Shown here in pieces: positions 31,171-41,899 of a stretch of 64,000 bases of DNA. The DNA comes from the human T2T-CHM13v2.0 reference genome, Homo sapiens. Both the position numbers and the translations under genes were made by a program. Every line of letters starts with the position of its first letter. Within the stretch, counting starts at the first letter, position 1. The notes beneath the pieces are model-generated. The model had not been told where the DNA came from. It saw nothing but the letters and a program-made list of their open reading frames with translations, and did no database searches. The stretch is taken from NCBI RefSeq assembly GCF_009914755.1, contig NC_060932.1; one strand, given 5' to 3'.

Positions 31171-31935
31171 ATGATGATGATGAGTCGGAAGGCACCTGAC
31201 ATTACCTGGGGACAGCTAAAGAAATTGGATCAACAGGCAACTATCCAGCTCGCAGCCATGGGAGCCCCTGCAACTGCAGAGAACTGGTTTCTTATGTATC
31301 TGGCAGTAATTGGGGAAGCTTCTGAGAAAGTACACGGCTGGTAATTCTTGTTCTTTGCCAGGTGGGCTCAGCTCAAGAACATGTTTATTGGAGTCATGTT
31401 CTGAATCCCCCTGTTTTCAATGTTATTACATGGTGGGATGCTGACCCGCCTTTGTCATCTAATGATACTTCTTGGGAGGGAGGTCGATGGATGCCCCTGT
31501 CTTACCCCCTCACTGAAAATTTGGGATGGATCAAACTTAATGACTCCTTGACTTTATTGTCTAGCAATTCTCCTCTCTGTTTTTCCACATTGGCCCAAGA
31601 TAAGTGTATTACTCTCATTCTTCAGGAGTATCTTTATTATCAGCCTAAAAGGGATGCTAAGCTTGCAAACCTGACTTTTATTTCTGCTGTTACTACTAAT
31701 CTTACTGAGATTTCTAATGAAAGGATCTTCCTATATGCTGTCCAAGAAGGGACTGTCGATATGTTTGAGGCCATCCAGTGGTCCCCATGCAGATAACCTG
31801 CACCACATCAAGGACCTCTGCTCGATAATGCACCTTACTTGATTGGGGTCCCCATGGGTATGTCATGTCTGCAAACCAGACTATTGGATTTGGGAGTCCC
31901 TCCAATAGTTCCATTACCCTTCAATAGTTCCATTA
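31171..31935 (+). pseudogene. env: Beta-type env, signal peptide and N-terminal SU only
   Basis: ITWGQLKKL (compare HERV-K TWAQLKKL), VYWSHVLNPP...NDTSWEGG, PLCF and LLDWGPHG. It is cut by the deletion that joins it to the end of the 3' LTR. Confidence 0.85.
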
Positions 31936-32008
31936 GCTGCTCCCCACCCCATTCAGCTGTAATTGTCTGAATACTTATTTCTTGCTGTTCACTGCAGAGT
32001 AACCTGCA
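31936..32008 (+). repeat. 3' LTR remnant (last 73 bp)
   Basis: Aligns without gaps to 25943-26015 with 7 mismatches by my count, and is followed by the TSD GCTATT. Confidence 0.92.
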
Positions 32009-33841
32009 GCTATTATTAAAAAGTCAAAAAAACAATAAATGCTAGTGAGGTTGTGGAAGAAAAGGAAGACTTTTACACTGCTGATGGGAGTGTAAATAAG
32101 TTCAACCATTGTGGAAAGATAGAATGGCGATTCCTCAAAGACCTAAAGGCAGAAATACCATTCAACCCAGCAATCCCATTACTGGGTATACCCCCAAAGG
32201 AATATAAATCATTCTATTATAAAGACACATGCACACATATGCTCACTGCAGCACTATTCACAATAGCAAAGACGTGGAATCAACCCAAATGCCCATCAAT
32301 GATAGACTGGATAAAGAAAATGTGGAACATATACACCATGGAATACTATGTGGCCATTAAAAAGAATGAGGTCATATCCTTTGCAGGGACATGGATGGAA
32401 CTGGAAGCCAATATTCTTAGCAAACTAATGCAGAAACAGAAAACCAAGTACCACATGTTCGTATTTACAAGTGAGAGGTAACTAAATGATAAGAACACAT
32501 GGACATATAGAGGGGAACAATGCACACTGGGCACGAGACGAGGGAGAGGATCAGGAAAATAACAAATGGATACTAGGCTTAATACCTGGGTGATGAAAAA
32601 AAATCTATGCAACAAATCCCCTTGACACACATTTACCTATGTAACAAACCTGCACATCCTGGACACGTACCCTTGAACTTAAAATAAATGTTAAATTTTT
32701 TTTTCTAAATCCTATTAATTTCAATATGATGTTCATATCTAACCAATTTATAGAATCCTCGTTTTCTAAAATTTACAACATGTATTAAACTTTACCACAT
32801 TAGTCTGTATTCTGTGTTTTAGTCTATTTTATCCTATGTTTACTCTCTGAGTTAGAAAACATGTAATATTAAATGTCATTCAATTTTATATATTACATTC
32901 CTACAAATCAGGATACGATTGCCTAGATGACTCTCAGCTGTGTAAGAGTGAACTATTGGACTAAGATGTGGAAAGTTCTGTGACTCACTTGAATATTGTA
33001 AATGATCTACATGAAACTATATCTAAAACAACAAAGGAGACATACTTTTTTCATTTTTATCCATATTTTTAAAAATTCAAAGATGTGATTTAATTTAAAA
33101 TACAACTTTCTAATGATAATGAATGCTAATGATTTCTGAGTTGGCTTTAGTATATGCTTTTAATTTCACTGTGTAATGAGTTTGTTAAAAAACTTGTTAT
33201 TTAAAATCAAGATTTAATAGTTGTTGTGTATCAAATTATGAAGGCTTCTACTAGAGTCTTCAACTATGTCTTTAACATTTTAGTTTTGAAGTATCATGAT
33301 CAGAACTTGCATTTTCAGTGTACTATTCTTAAGATGCAGTTTTTACAAATCTACTCTACATACAGATGCTTATGGAAACAGTATTTAGGGAATACAAAAA
33401 AAGAGTCTGACTTCCACATTGAAATTACCATGAAGCATCGGGAAGAGACCAAGCATCAGAGGTAAAGTTGATATTTCAGCACGACTGTGTCTTTGGAGTC
33501 AGATATGACAAGTTGAATATAAAATCTGTAAACTGCAAAAATATTGTACTTCCCACAGCAGAGTGTTTAATTTAAATAACAACTCTCAAAGAACAGGTTG
33601 ACCTCATATGCCTAAGAGCCTGGGAAAAAATCCACGACTCTGGTACTACTTATCCTTCTTTTAATTCAGTTCAACAGGGTCCAAGGGAGGCTTATCCAGA
33701 TTTGATCGCCCATTTGCAAGACACAGCTCAAAAGGCTATTTCGGATTCTCATGCTAGGAATGTGATCATTCAGCTGCTTGCTTATGAAAATGCTAATACA
33801 GAATGTCAGGCAGCAATTAGACCTATTAAGGGAGAGGCAGA

Positions 33842-35620
33842 TCAAAATTACACTTATTGGGCATACATTCCATTCCCACCACTGATTAGGCCTGTTACAT
33901 GGTTAGACCCCCAGGTGGAGGTTAATGTTAATGACAGTGTCTGGATGCCTGGACCAACAGATAACCGAGGTCCTACTCATCCAGAGGAAGAAGGAATGTT
34001 AATGAATGTTTCCATTGGTTATTGCTTTCCTCCCATCTGCCTGGGGCTGGCAGCAAGATGTTTAAATTATGATAAACAAAGTTGGATGGTTTATGTCCCT
34101 GCAAATAATGGATCAAAAGCCTCTATTCATGCAATCAGTGGAAGAACATTTCAATCTTTGGACACTATTAAATACCTTGAGCATGGCTATGTTATGACAC
34201 ATTGCCAGATTAATAAATTTAAACCTAATAAGAAGCCCTGCCCTAGGAAGGCCACTAAATGGTCTGGAAAGCTAGAGGTGCTAACCTAGGAAGGTTGTAT
34301 TGCAAACAGTGCTGCTGTACTGCAAAATAATTCCTATGGAATCGTCATTGATTGGACCCCTAGGAGACACTTTGCAGTAAATTGTACTGGACAGCGCAAA
34401 GATTGTAGAGGGACTCCTTTTGCAAATGACTCCCCAGATAATGCACCAAAATTATATAGAAGAATTGAAACAAATTATTACCCTAGTAAGTGGGAGGAGA
34501 ATGGTATGGTTCCTCCAAGCCCCAAAATGATTGATCCAATTATAAGTCCAGAACATCCAGAATTGTGGAAATTAATGATGGCTCAAACCCCAATTCGGAT
34601 TTGGAAAGGAGAATATAAAACAGAGATCCATAGTAAAAAACTTCCATTTGTTGTAGTCATGACCCCTAATCAGACTGTCCCATTGCAGAGTTGTGTTAAA
34701 CATCCTTTTATGTTGGCAGTGGGAAAAATTAATATCCTAACTGACTCTCAAACCATATCATGCCTCAACTGTCATCTTTTTACCTGCATTAATTCCACCT
34801 TTAATAAAGATAATAGCATTTTATTGGTTAAGGCCCAAGAAGGAGTTTGGATACCTGTTTCCCTCAATAGACGTTGGGAGGCCTCTCCCTCCATACGTAT
34901 TATCACTGAGGTACTAAAAAGGAATACTTAATAGATCAAAGAGATTCATATTTACTTTAATAGCTATGATCATGGGCCTTATAGCTGTCACAGCTACTGC
35001 TGCTGCTGCTGGTATTGCTTTGCACTCTTCTATTCAAACTGTGGGCTTTGTGGATAGTTGGCAGAAAAATTCTTCTAAGCTTTGGAATTCCCAAAGCCAA
35101 ATAGATCAAAAATTGGCAAATCAGATTAATGATCTCCATCAAACAGTAATTTGGATGGGAGATCGGATTATGAGCTTGGAGCATAGAATTCAAATGCAAT
35201 GTGATGGGAATACTTCTGATTTTTATATTACTCCTAGCTCTTATAATGCCACTGAACACCACTGGGAGATGCTTAGACGTCACGTACAAGGAAAAGAAGA
35301 TAATTTAATATTAGATATTGATAAACTGAAAAAGCAAGTTTTTGAGGCATCTCAGGCTCATCTCACCCTGTTACCTGGAGCTGATATTCTTGCTGGAGCC
35401 GCTGATGGCCTTTCTAATACCAATCCTTTAAAGTGGATTAAAACCATACATGGATCAACAATTGCAAATTTTATTTTGGTTTGTGTCTGTTTATGCTGTT
35501 TGTTTTTAGTCTACAGATGCGGACGGTGCCTTGGGAGAGAAGCCAGACACCGTGAACGAGCCATGATAGCAATGGCTGTTATTAATCAAAGAAAATTAAT
35601 AAAGACAAAAAAGGGGGACA
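33842..35620 (+). pseudogene. env: HERV-K env (SU+TM) without its signal peptide
   Basis: SU is open except for TAG at 34287-89 and a 1-nt frameshift in the A run near 34916-20. TM is open (ORF 34966-35754) with fusion peptide, [13 protein letters not shown] heptad and a membrane span. Confidence 0.9.
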
Positions 35621-36207
35621 TGTCAGAAGGAGAGTTTCTGGGGTGCCAGTTGATTTGGTCTCCCCTGTGTGAGACACCCATGGGAAGCCATGGGTGGCCT
35701 CTGAGGAGAAAAGTCTCCTTATTGCCTTCATGTCTTTATGCCCCAAGAGCATAACCACTCAGCAGCATTCCACAGGTTGCTCAGGGAGATAACACTCCCT
35801 TGAAGCAGTGTGGTATAATCAAACATCTTGGCTCCTCCTGAAGCCTGCTCCCACCGATTTCAGTCCTGATAAGTTAAAGATCTTAAGTAGTTTAGACACA
35901 TGCCTTTGCTCAAGGAAATTGACAGAAACCACCACTGCTATACATCTTATCGAATGACTCACGAGTTCTCCTTCACTGATTAATCCTTTTCCTCATCCCT
36001 TCCTCCCCCTCCCATCTGCCCTAAGAACAAAGAGCTTGTAAACCATTAAATTGGGCAGAGCCTGAGAGCTCTGGGCCGTGAGCAAGGCTCTGACACTCTG
36101 GTCCCCTGGACCCACATTTTAAATGCTTATTCTGTCTCTTTCTAGCTCCTCTGTCTCTGCCGGACTTGGGGTACACACTGGGTGGTGTGGGGCTGGTTTC
36201 CCTAACA
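35621..36207 (+). repeat. 3' LTR, 587 bp, LTR14C-like
   Basis: TG...CA termini directly after the PPT; ATTAAA near 36045. No matching 5' LTR is present in the window. Confidence 0.85.
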
Positions 36208-37829
36208 ATTGTCTTTATTCTATAATTTCCCATATACAAGTAGTTAATTAATTAGTCAGAAAGCACCAAAACATTTAGTTCTTCATAATCTTGCTTGTGG
36301 AAATATCTCTTAAAAAAATGACCTTAACAATTCATTTCTAAAAAAGCAACACAAATAAGTTTTTCTTTGTCAAATACATCTCATCTATTACTGAAAATAC
36401 CATAAATATTTGGCTTTATTTTTCATTTTGTAAGGTTTCTTATTCTTATATATTAACAAACATATATTTTTGTTTCAAACAAACTTCTTTGCCAATTTTG
36501 CTATTTCTCCTAGTATAATTGCCATGCTTTTAATCATTCAAACTGGAAAATATGAAGTCATACTGCTTTTCTAATTTGTCTTCAATCCAATCCCAAGTCT
36601 CACCATAAATTGCTTTTTTATAAATAAGTTTTAGGGAAAATTTCCTGAAGAATCAGAACACTTCCTAATCTCTGATAAAGAGATCTTATAACTCATTAGT
36701 TCTTCTCAATTGAGACAATCTTAAATGTCAGAAAGCATGTAATCACAAGATAACAACTTGTATTTCTCACATAAGTGCTCAGTACAAACTTGTGTAATTA
36801 ATTTTCCATTTTTTAAACATATTTTTATTATTTTCTGAAAGTAACATTACTATGCCTGCTTTTTTAACCTTTGTTCAGCCTATGATCAGTCCTTTGCTCA
36901 AAATGCCTGTCATCATCCTACATAGCCTTCAAGAACAAAAAATACAAAATCCATCTCCTACAGGAAACTATCCTAATTCTAAGACATGTGGACATTTTTG
37001 CATGTAACTCTTCTGCCTCTTTTGACCTGAATTTTCATTCTGGCATTATATGTGTTGGTTGCATAAGCATGTATTTTTAAATCATTTTTATATCTTATTA
37101 CATCATTTAGATTATAAACTACTGTAGTACTTCCATCTTCAGTGCCTGGTTTTGCTCATTAATCCTTCCCTGGTAAAGCAACCCATAATAACCTCTTTAA
37201 TTAGAATATTTAGTACTTATTTTCTGTAGTCTTCATTTGGCCCTTAATTATATTCAATATGATATTTATTTATTATGTATTATTACCATATTCTTCATAC
37301 ATTCTTGCTCAATTATTTACATTTTAAGTTCCCTGGGAGGAAAAGCTTTTATTCTGACAATTCCTAAACTGAACTACGTAATAATTTGTATACAAAAAGG
37401 CACAAAAATACAGCTTGAAGAGCAAAGGGTCAGAAGGTAGAAGATTTGAGTTCCAGTCCTTGGTTTAGCCAACCAACAACTCATTGTTGAATAGTCTTTT
37501 AATAAACCTTTCTGAGTCTTTCCAGAGTAAAGTTGTTGTAGGAGAAGATTGTTAAATTTTTTTAAAGATTTTTTGTGTTTTGGAAACTAGGCAATGAGTT
37601 TGTCTCTATCTGCAGGGTCCAAATTATCATTATACTAAGAGATAAAGTAGCTACTTCTGAAAATAGGATGGGAATAAAGGAGACATCCAACTAGAAACAG
37701 ACAGTAGGGTATTTGAATAAGGACACAGGTCATATTAAGGTTGCACATTCTTTCAGAGCATATTCTTGTTTGTGTTTGTGCTTTCCAGGAATTGGTTGCC
37801 TACTTACCTTGGTACGCATTGCAAGCACA

Positions 37830-38260
37830 GGGTAAGCATTCAGAACTCCTCAGAGAAATAGAGCCAACAGGACATGTATATATAGAAAGAAAGAGTGAGA
37901 AATTTATTTTTAAGGAATTGGTTGGCTCATATGACTGTGGAGGCTTGTTAAGTCCAAAATCTGCAGGGTTAGCACATCAGGCTAGAGAACCAGGGAAGCA
38001 TTGCAGTTTGAGCCTAAAGGCAATCTGCTGATAGAACTTGTTTGTGAACAGAGAGAGGTCAGTTTTTATTTTATTAAGACCTTCAACTGATTGGATGAAG
38101 CCCACTTATATTATGGAGGGTAATCTGCTTTATTCAAAGTCTACCAATTTAAACGTCAGTCTTATCCCAAAACACCTCCGCAGAAACATCCTGAATAATG
38201 TTTGACCAAATCTCTGGTTACATGACCATGCTATGTCAACACATAAAATTATCCATCATG
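37830..38260 (-). mobile_element. MLT2-like solo LTR
   Basis: cagagaaatagagccaacagg...gattggatgaagccca...cataaaattatccatca. Confidence 0.72.
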
Positions 38261-38520
38261 CATTGATTCTGTCATTGAGGGAAACGAAGTATAACTCAAA
38301 TGGCTTGCTTTTACTTCAGTTTAAGGACAATTTATCAGTTATGATTTGAAACTCAAGAGAGCTTAAATCCAGGATCTTCCCTTTTGTCATTCTCCACAGA
38401 CTCAGTGTCCTCAACTAGAAAAAGCAGTTATGTTATGACAAATGGGATCTCAAGTCAGAATATTTATTTTCATTATCCAACCCTGCCACTTACTAACTAT
38501 AGCTTTGAAAAAGTCACTTG

Positions 38521-38770
38521 TTCTTAAAGTAAAACCAAGTAATCAATTATATTCATAATTAGCATATGTTTGTAGGGTGAATTCTCATACGGCTTTTTCT
38601 ATTAAAAGGCAGCTTCAGAAACCACAGGATCTGATTGTTTTAAGAGCCATAAGGTTTTTAAAACCATGAAGAAGTGCCAAGATATTCATGTAAGTGATAA
38701 TAGGAGAGTTTTTCTTCTTCATCTTTAGTATAAATCCTCTGATGTCATCGTTAACATTACATACTATTTA
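38521..38770 (+). repeat. Copy A of a ~250-bp local duplication (partner about 40310-40577)
   Basis: Shared blocks include ttcttaaagtaaaac, attagcatatgttt, attaaaaggcagc, cagaaacca and tctttagtataaat. Confidence 0.88.
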
Positions 38771-40899
38771 TTTGTAAACCTTAGTTTCTACAACATAAAA
38801 ATGGAAAGAATAACACCTACTTCACAAGTAGGTTATCACATGAGTCTATATGGGAAATGGTGTGCATAATAACATATTAACCATAACCATTAGGAGCTAA
38901 ATAAAACCTCTCTGCTTACCTAAATTAGCTGTTTTGAAGACCATACCCATTCACTCATATTTATCCAGTCATTTAGCAAATATTTATTGAATATCATTGA
39001 CTGAAGTATTAAACTAAGCTTTTAAAAACAATAATGTTCTATGAAAATGCAGAGAATTACTGTCAAAGGTACTGAATAGATAGTTGATGATCTGTTTATT
39101 TACTATGAGCTCTTAGACATCTCCAGGGGTAAAATGCAGTCTGTTTACATATTGCCATCAGTATTTTACATTCTTGGTTTCAAGAATGTAATTCAGGAGA
39201 GCAGTGAAAGTCAGGGCAAATTTTTTCATCTCAGACCAAAAGTATAGCTGGGCATGGGATCGAATAACATTTAATAGTAGCAGTAGGCCATTCAATTGGT
39301 GCTATTATCGCTTTGTAAAGGAGTCTTAGGTCAGTTTTCTCAGAAGCTGACAGGATTCTTGTGGAAGTTATTTATTTAAAAATAGCTCCCTTTGAGTGAG
39401 GACAGCAAGTTAGGTCCTGAGGGCAGGAGAAGAAAGGTAAGCAAGAATGTAGTCTTACGTGAAGACCAACTTCAGGCAAGCCTGAATCAATGGAGTCCGC
39501 CTGTTAGTCATTGGCTGTGAGCTTCCCATCAGAGAGGAGGGTCTTAACCTCTCAGATATGGCAGTACCCTTTATGAGAAGGGCAAAGTTATAGATCATCA
39601 GCCAACATTCTCAATAGTAGGGGTGAACATCCCTTCCAGAACAGGAGATTTTGGAAAGGCAACAACAACCTTCACTTCTGAATGGCCATTAATATTCATA
39701 ATAACAACAGAGGCACTGCAAAGCTTTAAGAGCTCTCTTACTTTTAGAGAAATTTCAAAGAAGTTTCAAAGAAAAACTGACTGATAACCACGATAGTCTT
39801 TTATAACATTCAAACTGTTTGAAAATTAGTGTTCCTTTAAATTATATTTAAATTCATTTTCTATAAATAAATTCATATAAACAATTTGCATATAACTTAA
39901 GGAACGCTAATGTTTTTAGATAATATTTTGTACCTAGAATTTATTTTCTTATGAAAGCATAAACTTTACTATGTTTTGAAAACAGAGCCAGAGGAGATTC
40001 TTATTTCTGTTTTGTTGATTATCCATTAGCTGCTAAGAAACATAAATGTACATAGGCTTAAAAAACTCTGCCTCTTAGAAACGTCAAGCAGACAATTGTT
40101 AGATAGACAATATGCCAGGTGCATACTTTTGATATACACTCTAAGTAAGAAATCAATACATAAATGCATAAAATGGTATATTTTCAATGTAAAAAATGCA
40201 AGCGAGCAACTTTTCTAGAATGTTATGTTTGCAAACATGGCATTTGTATAAATAGCTAATAACACATAACTTTAATTACATGTGTATCTACAATAAAAAC
40301 TGGAGATTTTTCTTAAAGTAAAACGAAGTAACCAATTATATTATTAATTAGCATATGTTTATAGGGTGACTTCTCATATTGCTCTTTCCATTAAAAGGCA
40401 GCTGCAGAAACCAAATAATCTGGTTGTTTTATTAATACGGTTCTTTAAGAAGAACCATAAGGGTTTTGAAACCAAGAATAAGTGTCAAAATATTTATTTA
40501 GGTGATTTGATAATAGGATAATTTTTCTTTGTCTTTAGTATAAATACCCTGACATCATCATCAACATTATATAATATTTGTAATATTTCATAGCATTTTA
40601 AAGCAAGTTTTCAAGGCCCTAGGAAGCTGCTATGATTAATAATGAAGTAAGGGGGAAAGGACTTTTGATAGTTTTCTCTTGTTTTGTTGTTTCTTTTCCT
40701 CCAAAAGGAAAGATACATCCGAAAACACTTGGCTGTCCTGGAGACAAAAGGCAAAATTGGACAAAGCTGAAGTGCACAACTTCTCAAAACAGTTCTGGGT
40801 ATTGATACCTATGCAAATTTTTAGAGTTACCCAGCAACACAAAATAAACTAGGAAAAACAGTTTTTGTTGTCTTCTTACCTCTGTATCTAAATCTCTGT

Positions 40900-41360
40900 T
40901 TTACGAGGATTAAGTTTGGCTATAAATGTGGAACAATCCCCCTTACCTCTTCTTTTCTTTCAAAAAAAAATTGCTTAACATAAAATTATTTCTATCCCTT
41001 GTATAAATTTAGAGATTGATGGTCCAGATGCAAGAGATCCATGCTTCCTCAGTCTTTTACCTCTTCTATGAATGGACTCTATTCCCAAAGTCACCTTATG
41101 GTCCAAGATGGCTATTCCAGCCTCAGGCATCCTGCCCAAATGCCAGCCAACAGAGGAGAACAAAAACAAGGAGAATGGCTCACCCTCTCTTTTTTTAAAG
41201 ATGCTTAAAAATTATGCACATGGAAGTTATGAATTCTTTGTCATCTGGACTTCTTAGCTGCAAGAAAGACTGGGGAGTAGAGTTTTTATTCCACAGCCAT
41301 ATGCTCAGGTATATATCAGTAATACTCTTCTGAGAACAACAGAACAGTTAGTGGCCTCTG
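40900..41360. mobile_element. MLT1J-like MaLR fragment
   Basis: tatggtccaagatggct and ttagctgcaagaaagactggg motifs. Confidence 0.5.
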
Positions 41361-41899
41361 CAGATCCACCTATCTCTGTTCTGTGTTCACTACCATTCAG
41401 GCCTCCAGTGGATTCATGCTGTGTTCTGGTCTTGTAAATCAGAGCCCTTCTCCCACATCAGTCTATCTGTATCCCTTTTTCCAGGCCTATTGCCAATCTT
41501 CTGCTGCAGTGTCAGATGCACCACAAAGCTAGTTACAAGGTAAATGTGTTTCAAATTAAGATATGAATGCCTAAATATGTAGAATCATCCAAGAGGGAAT
41601 TTTGTCTTTAAAACTAGAAATACATTTTTATCTTTTGCCTATCCATTCCCCACCCAAACTGGTTGTTTTTTTAGAAGGAGTACAATTAATAAAATAGCAT
41701 TACTACAAATTATCTAGACACCAACCACATTTCCTTGTCAATACCAACCCTCTTTTTTCCACCATCATTAATCATATGTACCTATCTTTGGTGAATTCAG
41801 CAATACAAAGAATAACAAAACTTGTCACTGGAATGTATCATAAATATTTCAAATGCAGAATTCATTGCTTGTCAATTGTTCTTATTGATTAAACAAAAT

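Larger units (their letters stand above)
25531..32008 (+). mobile_element. Class II (betaretrovirus-like) endogenous provirus with tRNA-Trp PBS; env and most of the 3' LTR deleted
   Basis: TG...CA termini and an exact TSD GCTATT (25525-30 and 32009-14). Order is LTR, PBS, gag, dUTPase-protease, RT/RH/IN, beta-type env start, 3' LTR remnant. Confidence 0.95.
25128..32690 (+). mobile_element. L1 (older L1PA/L1PB) ORF2 end and 3' UTR, split by the provirus into 25128-25530 and 32009-32690
   Basis: L1 ORF2 C-terminal peptides on both sides (SLIIREMQIKTTMRYHLT; EIPFNPAIPLLG...KKMWNIYTMEYY). The sequence is continuous across the TSD (agtggctatt|attaaaaagtc). Confidence 0.9.
33591..36207 (+). mobile_element. 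5'-truncated HERV-K provirus (LTR14C/HML-9-like): gag CA fragment fused to env, plus 3' LTR
   Basis: gag CA peptide EQVDLICLRAWEKI...QQGPREAYPD...LAYENANTECQAAIRP joined to env NYTYWAYIPFPP. Furin site RSKR at 34933-44, TM, PPT AAAAAAGGGGGACA at 35607-20, then the LTR. The family assignment rests on my recollection of the LTR14C sequence and length. Confidence 0.88.

Noticed and set aside
31171-31182. ATG ATG ATG ATG as an env/Rec-like start
   Set aside because: It may be CpG-decayed ACG codons, and the frame hits a stop within about 60 codons; not evidence of a product.
32053-32481. 142-aa ORF
   Set aside because: It is the C-terminal fragment of L1 ORF2 in a truncated, interrupted L1.
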